Positions 29,616-37,770 of a DNA stretch of 64,000 nt are shown piece after piece (the stretch's first letter is position 1; every line of letters starts with the position of its first letter). The translations under genes were made by a program, and so were the position numbers. Source of the DNA: Gammaproteobacteria bacterium (GTDB lineage Bacteria; Pseudomonadota; Gammaproteobacteria; Eutrophobiales; Eutrophobiaceae). Under the pieces are notes generated by a model that worked only from the letters and a program-made list of their open reading frames with translations, did no database searches and was not told the origin of the DNA. The DNA lies in NCBI GenBank assembly GCA_965243205.1, contig CBDEUK010000002.1, positions 320,001-384,000 on the forward strand, written 5' to 3'.

Positions 29616-29993
29616 ATGAACACAATTGAAACATTGGACGCCATAAGTCGTTGTAATAACAACTGTACTGACTACAGAATTGCAAAAATGATGGGTGTTT
29701 CCACCTCTAGGGTCTCTAACTGGCGAAATGGCAAGAATTCTATGGATGATGAAGCCCGAATCGCCGCCGCAAAGTTACTAAACCAAGACCCAGAAACACA
29801 ACTAGTTTATGGACAGATGGAACGGACAAAATGTCCAGAGGTGAAGTCCGCATGGATGAATTTAATCGAACGTTCAAAGGTCGCCGGTTTCATTCTAGCC
29901 CTATTTTTAACCTTTGGAATGACATTCACTAATTTTGAAGGTGCAACGGTTGCAGCAGCAGAAAGCGCGAACGGTGTATATTATGTTAAATAA
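29616..29993 (+). CDS. HTH repressor, DUF3693-like, with TM segment; 3' end overlaps attR
   Basis: TDYRIAKMMGVSTSRVSNWRNGK HTH; hydrophobic VAGFILALFLTFGMTF; divergent from early operon; last codons GVYYVK are the att core. Confidence 0.8.
   Translation: MNTIETLDAISRCNNNCTDYRIAKMMGVSTSRVSNWRNGKNSMDDEARIAAAKLLNQDPETQLVYGQMERTKCPEVKSAWMNLIERSKVAGFILALFLTFGMTFTNFEGATVAAAESANGVYYVK
29964..29991 (+). other. attR: dif-like site with degenerate XerC arm
   Basis: AGCGCGAACGG-TGTATA-TTATGTTAAAT. Confidence 0.85.
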
Positions 29994-30040
29994 CGTTATT
30001 ATATTCTCATCTATTAATGCTTTTAACGTATCTATTTATT

Positions 30041-31384
30041 TTATATGAGGTATTTTTTACGCTTACGCCAGAGCGTTGTTCTACTCATTCCTAAAATTTC
30101 GGCTGCTAATTCCAGATTTCCATCTGAATCCAACAAAGCTTGTTGGATCTTTTTCTTTTCTGTTTTTAAGCCTGAGTATGTATTTAATGATTGTTCGGCG
30201 TGTCCAGTATTAAGAAATTCAGGTGGCAAGCACTGTAAATTCATAACATCTGATTGACTTACTGCATTGGCATATTCAACAACATTACGTAATTCACGTA
30301 TGTTTCCTGGCCACGGATAATTGAGTAATACACGCATTGCTTCCGGTGCAATATCGTTAATTTTTGCCTCTCCTCTTAGTTTCAGGTCACTTATAAAGTG
30401 ATGAAGTAATAAAGAAATATCCATTGTTCTTTCTCGAAGTGGCGGTATAAATAATGGGACGACACGTAAACGATACATTAAATCTTCACGAAATTTACCT
30501 TCCTTAACACGCTTACGTAATGATTGATGAGTTGCAGCAAGTATTCGTATATCTACTTTTTTTACAGTTTCACCTCCAACAGGAATCAATTCTCGTTCTT
30601 GAATAACACGTAATAATTTAGCTTGCAGATCCATTGGTATTTCAGCGACTTCATCTAGGAACAATGTGCCTCCATCGGCCCTTTCAATAATCCCTGTGTG
30701 ATTACGTATTGCATCAGTAAATGCGCCTTTAACATGACCGAATAACTCACTTTCTAATACTGAGGAGCTAAGCGAGGCACAATTAATTGCCATAAACGGT
30801 TTACCTGAACGTAAACTTTCTGCATGCAGAGCTTTAGCGACTAATTCTTTGCCGGTTCCTGATTCTCCACGTATCAATACACTTACATCAGTTTTTGCAA
30901 TATTAGATATCAGTTTAAAGCTCTCTTGCATCGTTGCATCGACTGAGAGTAATCCATGAAAGGTTTTTTGTCCGGCCAGATTCTTTTCTACTTTTTGCTC
31001 AATTTCAGAGTTATCTGGAATAAGAACTTCTAAGCCTCCATCAAATTCACCATGAGTATTTCGATAAGCAATGGCATATTTTCTAACAGGAACAATATGC
31101 CCATCAGAATGATATAGTTTGATTGCATAACCATTGATTTGACCGTGTTGATCGATACCACAACCTGCGACGCATTGCTGGCATCGATTACCTGCCAGAC
31201 AGCTTTGCCCTATTAGGTCAGATGATTTATAACCCAATACTTTTTCAGCGCCTTCACTCCAGTATGTGATATGGCGATTTTTATCTACTGAGAACACGGC
31301 CGCAGTAGGAAAAAGCATCGCAAGTTGTTCTAAAGCTGTTTTATCCAATGATTTACTCTTTCTATTTGTTTCATTATGTTTCAA
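30041..31384 (-). CDS. PAS-AAA+-Fis sigma54 enhancer-binding protein (FisR-like)
   Basis: GESGTGKE, ESELFGHVKGAFTDA, WPGNIREL, Fis HTH; Cys cluster CLAGNRCQQCVAGC; divergent from sqr. Confidence 0.9.
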   Translation of the reverse strand: MKHNETNRKSKSLDKTALEQLAMLFPTAAVFSVDKNRHITYWSEGAEKVLGYKSSDLIGQSCLAGNRCQQCVAGCGIDQHGQINGYAIKLYHSDGHIVPVRKYAIAYRNTHGEFDGGLEVLIPDNSEIEQKVEKNLAGQKTFHGLLSVDATMQESFKLISNIAKTDVSVLIRGESGTGKELVAKALHAESLRSGKPFMAINCASLSSSVLESELFGHVKGAFTDAIRNHTGIIERADGGTLFLDEVAEIPMDLQAKLLRVIQERELIPVGGETVKKVDIRILAATHQSLRKRVKEGKFREDLMYRLRVVPLFIPPLRERTMDISLLLHHFISDLKLRGEAKINDIAPEAMRVLLNYPWPGNIRELRNVVEYANAVSQSDVMNLQCLPPEFLNTGHAEQSLNTYSGLKTEKKKIQQALLDSDGNLELAAEILGMSRTTLWRKRKKYLI

Positions 31385-31440
31385 TTAAAAATAATTGAAA
31401 CATAATGAAACAAATATTGAAACAAATATTGAAACAAATA
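31363..31440. repeat. 25-bp perfect inverted repeat plus tandem TTGAAACAAATA copies (candidate enhancer/UAS)
   Basis: 31363-31387 is the reverse complement of 31392-31416; 12-mers at 31417 and 31429. Confidence 0.75.
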
Positions 31441-31506
31441 ATAATAATATATTTTAAGGTGTTTTATAACCTCATGTTTTTATTAAAAATTTTATTAAAT
31501 AAATAG

Positions 31507-31523
31507 TTGGTATTTGAAATGCT
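31507..31523 (+). promoter_or_regulatory. sigma54 -24/-12 promoter of the sqr operon
   Basis: TTGGTATTTGAAATGCT (TGG-N9-TGC) opposite an EBP gene. Confidence 0.65.
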
Positions 31524-31585
31524 ATAGGTTTAGGAAAATTATGACTAAAACCATAAAAAGCCTGATTATTTTTGGAGTGAGATAA

Positions 31586-33259
31586 ATGAATATAAAGAAG
31601 ATTGATTCACAGTTTTATGTGAGCGAACAAATTGATAGTGGTGACTTGCAGGATATTAGTAATGCTGGAATTAAAACGATCATTTGTAATCGCCCAGATG
31701 GTGAAGCAAGTGATCAAATGTCTCATCAGGAACTTCAAAGAGAATTAGAAAAATATGGAATACAATTAATTTATTTACCTGTCAGTAAAGGAATGATTCA
31801 GGATGAGCAGGTTCTCGATTTTAAGAAAGCTTATCAAGAATCAACACGCCCTATTCTTGCTTACTGTAGAAGTGGCATGCGATCTTCAAGTCTTTGGGCA
31901 CTTGCCAATGCAGGTACATTATCACTCAGTGATATTCTGCAAAAAAGCGCACAAGCAGGTTATGACCTAAATGCATTAGCTAAAAGAATATTGAATGGTG
32001 GTAAAGTTCCTACAGACCATCCCTCACAACAGCATGATGTCGTTATTGTTGGTGGAGGCGCTGCTGGCATAGCAGTCGCTTCAAGCTTATTAAAACGTCG
32101 CCCATCTTTGGATATCGTATTGATCGATCCTTCTGATATACATTATTACCAACCGGGTTTTACTATGGTTGGAGGAGGAATATTTAAGCCACAAGATACT
32201 GTGAAGACAATGGCGCATTTGATTCCTAAAGGTGTTAAATGGATAAAAGCTGCAGTGGCAGCATTTGAACCAGAATCAAATGTTGTGATATTAGAAGGCT
32301 GTCGTGTCATTGCATATCGTAATCTTGTTGTTTGCCCAGGTTTGAAATTGAATTGGAGTGCCATTGAAGGATTAGAAGAAACATTAGGACAAAATGGAGT
32401 AACTTCTAATTACCGTTTTGATCTTGCTCCGTATACTTGGAAATTGGTTCAAGAGCTTAAGTCAGGTACGGCATTATTTACTCAACCTCCAATGCCAATT
32501 AAATGTGCTGGAGCACCACAAAAAGCAATGTATCTATCCAGTGATCATTGGCATCGCAATAATCGTTTAAACAATATAGACATTAAGTTTCTTAATGCGG
32601 GCCCTGTTTTATTTGGCGTAAAAGAATACGTGCCTGCATTAATGGAATATATTAATAAATATAATGCTGAGCTGATGTTTAGTCATAACCTTATTAAGAT
32701 CAATGGTAATGAAAAGAAAGCTTGGTTTAAAACAAAAAATAGTAATGATGAATCAGAAATTATTGAACAACAGTTCGATATGATTCATGTATGCCCTCCC
32801 CAACAAGCCCCCGATTTTATTCGTAGTAGTAATTTAGTTGATGAAAACGGATGGGTAGATGTTGATAAAGAAACGTTGCGTCATAGTGTTTATGAAAATA
32901 TTTATGCGCTTGGAGATGTAACCAATGCGCCAAATGCTAAAACAGCTGCAGCTGCTAGAAAACAAGCACCAATAGTTGCTCATAATCTATTAAGCTTTAT
33001 GGATGCTCGAAACCAACCTGCACTTTACGATGGTTACGGTTCCTGTCCTCTTACAGTTGAACGAGGAAAAATTGTATTGGCTGAATTTGGTTATGATGGA
33101 AAATTATTACCTAGTTTTCCTAAATGGTTATTGAATGGTAGTAAACCTACTTGGCGAGCATGGTTTTTAAAAGAAAAACTGCTACCGCCTATTTACTGGG
33201 TAGCAATGCTAAAAGGTCGTGAATGGTTAGCGAAACCTCAAATTAGTAAAACACAATAA
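31586..33259 (+). CDS. sqr: DUF442 sulfurtransferase-like domain fused to type II sulfide:quinone oxidoreductase
   Basis: CNRPDGE, AYCRSGMRS; GGGAAG, KCAGAPQK, YGSCPL, AEF. Confidence 0.9.
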   Translation: MNIKKIDSQFYVSEQIDSGDLQDISNAGIKTIICNRPDGEASDQMSHQELQRELEKYGIQLIYLPVSKGMIQDEQVLDFKKAYQESTRPILAYCRSGMRSSSLWALANAGTLSLSDILQKSAQAGYDLNALAKRILNGGKVPTDHPSQQHDVVIVGGGAAGIAVASSLLKRRPSLDIVLIDPSDIHYYQPGFTMVGGGIFKPQDTVKTMAHLIPKGVKWIKAAVAAFEPESNVVILEGCRVIAYRNLVVCPGLKLNWSAIEGLEETLGQNGVTSNYRFDLAPYTWKLVQELKSGTALFTQPPMPIKCAGAPQKAMYLSSDHWHRNNRLNNIDIKFLNAGPVLFGVKEYVPALMEYINKYNAELMFSHNLIKINGNEKKAWFKTKNSNDESEIIEQQFDMIHVCPPQQAPDFIRSSNLVDENGWVDVDKETLRHSVYENIYALGDVTNAPNAKTAAAARKQAPIVAHNLLSFMDARNQPALYDGYGSCPLTVERGKIVLAEFGYDGKLLPSFPKWLLNGSKPTWRAWFLKEKLLPPIYWVAMLKGREWLAKPQISKTQ

Positions 33260-33270
33260 AAAATCATTAG

Positions 33271-35025
33271 ATGATAAATTTAATTAAAACCATTCCATTA
33301 ACTAAAACACTAAAACATTATTCATTGGGTAATGTGAAAGACGATTTTATGGCATCAATTTTAGTCGCTATCATGTTGATACCTCAGTCTTTAGCTTATG
33401 CAATGTTGGCAGGTTTGCCACCAGAGATAGGTTTATATTCAAGTATTCTTCCGCTAGTTATGTATGGAATTTTTGGTAGTAGCGGAAGTCTTGCAGTAGG
33501 ACCTGTTGCAATCATTGCATTAATGACAGGGGCTACTATTTCATCTGTTAGCCAATTAACAGATCATTCAGTCATTGAAATTTCTATTAATTTAGCTTTG
33601 CTTTCAGGTTTAACTCTTGTCTTGTTAGGATGGTTGAGGTTTGGTTTTATAGTAAATTTTATAAGTCGTTCAGTTACTGAAGGTTTTATTTTGGCTTCAA
33701 TTATTTTAATTATCCTGAGTCAAATAAAACATTTGTTAGGTATTGAATTGATGGGACATGGTTTGCCCGACTTAGTCATAGGTTTATGGAATAAATTATA
33801 TCAATTCCACATGCCAACTTTCTTATATAGTGTTGTTGCTCTTTCTTGTCTTTTTACAATGCCGCATTTATTAAAATATTATTTTAAAAAAAATGGATTT
33901 AGTAATAAATGGCTAGAATTTATAGGAAAAATAATTCCTGCTTGTTTAGTTATTATTTCAATAATGTTAATAAACTATACAGCTATAGGAAATATGGAAA
34001 TCAAAACCATTGGTGAAATTCCTTCCGCTTTACCTGCCATTAATATTATTAATATCGATTTTAAATTAATGAAATTACTTTTTTTACCAGCGTTATTAAT
34101 TTCGATTATTGGATATATAGAATCTATCTCGGTTGTTACTAAGTTTGCCTTAAAGACAAGAACCTCTATCAATCCTAATACAGAATTAAATGCATTAGGA
34201 GTTGCCAATATAAGCAGTGCTTTTTCTGGTGGCATGCCGGTAACTGGAGGTTTTTCACGTTCTGTTGTAAATCACACTGCTGGAGCAAAAACACCTGTTT
34301 CCGGAATAATGACAGCTATTTTAATGGCGGTAATGATAGTGAGCTTTGCAGAGTATTTACAGTTTCTTCCTAAAGCATTATTAGCAGCTACGATTATTGT
34401 CGCCGTTTTTAGTTTATTTGATTTTAAAAAACTTATTGATACATATCGTTTTTCGAAACAGGATTTTTTTCTTCTATCTGTAACATGTTTAATGACATTA
34501 ATATTCAGCGTAGAAACAGGTATAGGAGTTGGTATCGTCGCATCAATACTACTCCATCTTCATCACTCAAGCAGACCGCATATTGCGATCATTGGACAAG
34601 TTCCAGGAACCGAACATTTTAGGAATGTTTGCCGTTATGAAGTCAAAACAATTCCGCAAATTCTTGGGCTTAGAATTGATGAGCGTTTGTATTTTGCTAA
34701 CGCGGCATTTTTACAAAAACAAGTTTTAGAGATTTTGAATAAATCTAAATTGATTGAACACTGTGTGCTTCAATTCTCTAGTGTAAGTGATCTTGATAAA
34801 AGCGCTTTAGAAAGCTTAGAAGAACTCAATCAGCAGCTAAAAGAAATGAATGTTGAATTGCATCTATCCGAAGTTAAGGGACCAGTGATGGACAAATTGC
34901 AAAACACATTTTTTATTAATGAAATAAAAGATCGAATTCACCTTTCACATTATCAAGCGATTATGACATTAAGTAAAAAATATTCTGAGCATTGTGAAAA
35001 ATCAGATGTATATCAAATGAATTAA
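33271..35025 (+). CDS. SulP family anion transporter with STAS domain
   Basis: IPQSLAYA, GLYSS, GGFSRS, LYFAN STAS. Confidence 0.92.
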   Translation: MINLIKTIPLTKTLKHYSLGNVKDDFMASILVAIMLIPQSLAYAMLAGLPPEIGLYSSILPLVMYGIFGSSGSLAVGPVAIIALMTGATISSVSQLTDHSVIEISINLALLSGLTLVLLGWLRFGFIVNFISRSVTEGFILASIILIILSQIKHLLGIELMGHGLPDLVIGLWNKLYQFHMPTFLYSVVALSCLFTMPHLLKYYFKKNGFSNKWLEFIGKIIPACLVIISIMLINYTAIGNMEIKTIGEIPSALPAINIINIDFKLMKLLFLPALLISIIGYIESISVVTKFALKTRTSINPNTELNALGVANISSAFSGGMPVTGGFSRSVVNHTAGAKTPVSGIMTAILMAVMIVSFAEYLQFLPKALLAATIIVAVFSLFDFKKLIDTYRFSKQDFFLLSVTCLMTLIFSVETGIGVGIVASILLHLHHSSRPHIAIIGQVPGTEHFRNVCRYEVKTIPQILGLRIDERLYFANAAFLQKQVLEILNKSKLIEHCVLQFSSVSDLDKSALESLEELNQQLKEMNVELHLSEVKGPVMDKLQNTFFINEIKDRIHLSHYQAIMTLSKKYSEHCEKSDVYQMN

Positions 35026-35046
35026 ATTGATGTAGAGGAAAAACAT

Positions 35047-36126
35047 ATGTTGATATTTAGACAGTTATTTGATCAAAAATCATCTACCTATACGTATTTG
35101 TTAGGTGATAGTGATTCTTCAGAAGCTATCATGATAGATACTGTGTTTGAACAAAAATTACGCGATTTAGCTTTATTAAAAGAATTAAATTTAACATTGA
35201 AATATGTGGTCGATACGCATTGCCATGCTGATCATGTTACAGCTGCATGGTTATTGAAAAAACAAACTGGAGCTGAGATTGTAATTTCAAAATATGCGGA
35301 TGTTACTAATTGTGATCTTGAAGTTGAAGAAAATCAAAAATTATATTTCGGTGAACGTTATATTACAGTAAAGGAAACACCAGGGCATACTAAAGGATGT
35401 GTGACATATGTGTTAGATGATGAAAGTATGGCATTTACTGGTGATGCATTATTAATACGTGGATGTGGCAGAACGGATTTTCAACAAGGATCTTCTAATA
35501 GTCTTTATGAAAGTATTCATTCTAAAATTTTTTCATTGCCCGACGAAACATTACTTTATCCAGGTCATGATTATCGTGGTTTGTTAGTAACAAGTGTTGC
35601 TGAGGAAAAAAAATATAATCCAAGACTGGGTGGTAACTTGAGTGAAAGTGATTTTAATGGGTTTATGAATAATTTGAATCTTGCCCATCCAAAACAAATT
35701 GATATAGCATTACCTGCAAATCTGAAATCGGGGAAACCTGATAATTTAGAAATGCATGAACATAGTCAATGGGCGCAAGTTCAATATTCTTTTGCAGGTA
35801 TTCCAGAGATTGAACCTCAGAACTTAGAAGAAGTGATCGATAAAATTCAATTGATTGATGTGCGTGAGAAATATGAATTCAATGATGAAATGGGACATAT
35901 TCAAAATGCTAAACATATTCCTCTTGGAGAGCTCAATGATCGAATCAATGAAATTGATATAGACCTACCTATTGTAACAGTGTGTCGTGCTGGTGGGCGT
36001 TCTGCTCAAGCGACCAATATATTAAAAAATATAGGCTTCCCCAGATTTGCTAGTCTTTCGGGTGGCATGCTTCGATGGTGTTCAGAATCTTATCCAACGG
36101 TAAAAGAAACGCATTATAATAAATAG
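35047..36126 (+). CDS. Persulfide dioxygenase (ETHE1-like) fused to rhodanese
   Basis: FRQLFD, THCHADH, TPGHT, GCGRTDFQ, PGHDY; C-terminal VCRAGGRS. Confidence 0.9.
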   Translation: MLIFRQLFDQKSSTYTYLLGDSDSSEAIMIDTVFEQKLRDLALLKELNLTLKYVVDTHCHADHVTAAWLLKKQTGAEIVISKYADVTNCDLEVEENQKLYFGERYITVKETPGHTKGCVTYVLDDESMAFTGDALLIRGCGRTDFQQGSSNSLYESIHSKIFSLPDETLLYPGHDYRGLLVTSVAEEKKYNPRLGGNLSESDFNGFMNNLNLAHPKQIDIALPANLKSGKPDNLEMHEHSQWAQVQYSFAGIPEIEPQNLEEVIDKIQLIDVREKYEFNDEMGHIQNAKHIPLGELNDRINEIDIDLPIVTVCRAGGRSAQATNILKNIGFPRFASLSGGMLRWCSESYPTVKETHYNK

Positions 36127-36139
36127 GTTTTGTATGTAA

Positions 36140-36964
36140 TTAATAATTTGGTAAGAGATTTACTTCATTATTTTTTTTAACCCAGTTATTTTGTTTTTGT
36201 AATTCTAATAGTCTATCAATACGATCTTGGGTCAAAGGGTGAGTTTGTAAGAACTTAATGTTGAAGGATTCTTCGTTTAGGATATCTTCAAAAAAATCGG
36301 TTGCACCAGTAACATGCCCATAATGATTTTGTAGTGTTTGAAGTGCAGCTTCATCAGCTTGCGATTCCATGGAACGACTAAAATGTAATGAAGTCAGCAC
36401 TCCACTACTTCCTACCAATGACATCCCTGTATCACTGGCACCAAACACAATAGTACTTAATAAAGATAGAGCAACACCAGCGCCTAAACCTTTTAAAGGA
36501 TCGCGATGATTCACATGGGCAATTTCATGAGCGATGACCATGGCTAAAGCATTTTCACTAGGCATTGCATCCCAAAGTCCTTTGGTAATAAATATATGTC
36601 CGCCTAACCCAGCAAAAGCATTTACCATATCATCGTCCATCCAATGCACAGTAATTGTAATATCTTTGTTTAATCCTTGAGCCTTAGCTAAATCATTTGC
36701 TAGATTTTGAAGATACTGGACGCGTTCTTTTAAGTTTGGAACATCTGATTCATCCATTGCTTCAGTAATATTAATGTTTGAAACCAGTTTTTGTTCAAAT
36801 GAAAAAGGTATATAAGGTGCGATCCATTGCATAGAAGCATAAAAGATAATAGTTAATGATACGACAATAAGTATCGCACCTCCTCCAAGCCATAAAAAAT
36901 CGGCTAAAGGACTGGTTTTAGATACGTTAACGTTATCTTCGAATAATGGGTTCTTTTGATTCAA
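36140..36964 (-). CDS. M48 family metallopeptidase
   Basis: N-terminal TM, NAFA, HEIAH, ESQAD, THP. Confidence 0.88.
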   Translation of the reverse strand: MNQKNPLFEDNVNVSKTSPLADFLWLGGGAILIVVSLTIIFYASMQWIAPYIPFSFEQKLVSNINITEAMDESDVPNLKERVQYLQNLANDLAKAQGLNKDITITVHWMDDDMVNAFAGLGGHIFITKGLWDAMPSENALAMVIAHEIAHVNHRDPLKGLGAGVALSLLSTIVFGASDTGMSLVGSSGVLTSLHFSRSMESQADEAALQTLQNHYGHVTGATDFFEDILNEESFNIKFLQTHPLTQDRIDRLLELQKQNNWVKKNNEVNLLPNY

Positions 36965-37419
36965 TTTGATTTTGTCATAATCGGAACCATTGCAGTTCCA
37001 TAAGCCAATACTTCGATAGAACCAATACCGCCTCTGGCATTTTGCGAAATCGATGCTGTTTCGTAACGTACATTTTTAATACTGACAGCCCCGAGCTCAG
37101 CACTTTGTTCTTGTAAACGTAACATGGCTTCTCTTCTACCGCGGTCGAGTAAAGATTCATAGGCACTGACTTGACCACCAAATATATTACGTAAACCCGC
37201 TACCAAACGTTTGAAGTAATCAACAGAAACAACTACGTTGCCAGTTACTAGATGGCCACGTAATGCGGTATTAGTGACACGTTTATTTGTGTTATGTAAA
37301 AATAATTCTCGATATTTTTGTTCACGTTCTTTAATGGTTTTATAGTGTTTACGTTCATTCATAGAACCAAACACGTAACCAAGAATTAGCAAAATAAAAA
37401 CAATAATAATATCTATCAT
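36961..37419 (-). CDS. YbjQ/DUF74 family protein with N-terminal TM
   Basis: LRNIFGG...YESLLDRGRREA...YGTA. Confidence 0.85.
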   Translation of the reverse strand: MIDIIIVFILLILGYVFGSMNERKHYKTIKEREQKYRELFLHNTNKRVTNTALRGHLVTGNVVVSVDYFKRLVAGLRNIFGGQVSAYESLLDRGRREAMLRLQEQSAELGAVSIKNVRYETASISQNARGGIGSIEVLAYGTAMVPIMTKSN

Positions 37420-37425
37420 TTTAAT

Positions 37426-37740
37426 TTACTCGATGATGACAGCGGTTCCATAAACAAATAATTCTGCTGCACCAGCTGCAATAGAGGATGTAGAGAATCG
37501 TACATTGATAATTGCGTTAGCACCTAATTGTTCAGCTTGATCGATCATTCGATCAATTGATTCATGACGAGATTCGTTGAGTAAATCGGTATAGGAAGAA
37601 AGTTCTCCGCCGAATATATTTTTAATACCTGCAAAAATATCCTTACCGACATGCTTTGCTCTAACAGTACTGCCTTGAACCAAGCCTAGATGTTGTGTGA
37701 TTCGATGACCTGGAATGGTCTCGAGGTTATTTATGATCAT
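37426..37740 (-). CDS. YbjQ/DUF74 family protein
   Basis: KNIFGGEL, GANAIINVRF, YGTAV. Confidence 0.9.
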   Translation of the reverse strand: MIINNLETIPGHRITQHLGLVQGSTVRAKHVGKDIFAGIKNIFGGELSSYTDLLNESRHESIDRMIDQAEQLGANAIINVRFSTSSIAAGAAELFVYGTAVIIE

Positions 37741-37770
37741 GAATACTCCTTATCTTATTATTCAAGTTAA

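Larger units (their letters stand above)
19125..29991. mobile_element. Integrase-less tailless (double jelly-roll, PM2/Vinavirales-like) prophage integrated at dif; 10,867 bp when circularised
   Basis: 17-bp direct repeat TGTATATTATGTTAAAT at 19108-19124 and 29975-29991; visibly higher GC than flanks; rep, packaging ATPase, MCP, membrane proteins, spikes and lysis genes in PM2-like order. Confidence 0.9.

Noticed and set aside
29880-29963. CTX-like second inverted att site
   Set aside because: Best candidate (TTTTAACCTTT near 29905) is a poor XerD arm and its flank cannot pair with the attP XerC arm.
19125-29991. Filamentous phage or P2-like prophage interpretation
   Set aside because: dif integration and DUF3693/3653 suggest an inovirus, and GpA suggests P2, but the ATPase lacks the Zot TM extension, there are no terminase, portal or tail genes, and gene order matches PM2.
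31392-31440. Possible CRISPR-like repeats
   Set aside because: Repeats are 10-12 bp with no spacers and no cas genes; better explained as regulator sites.
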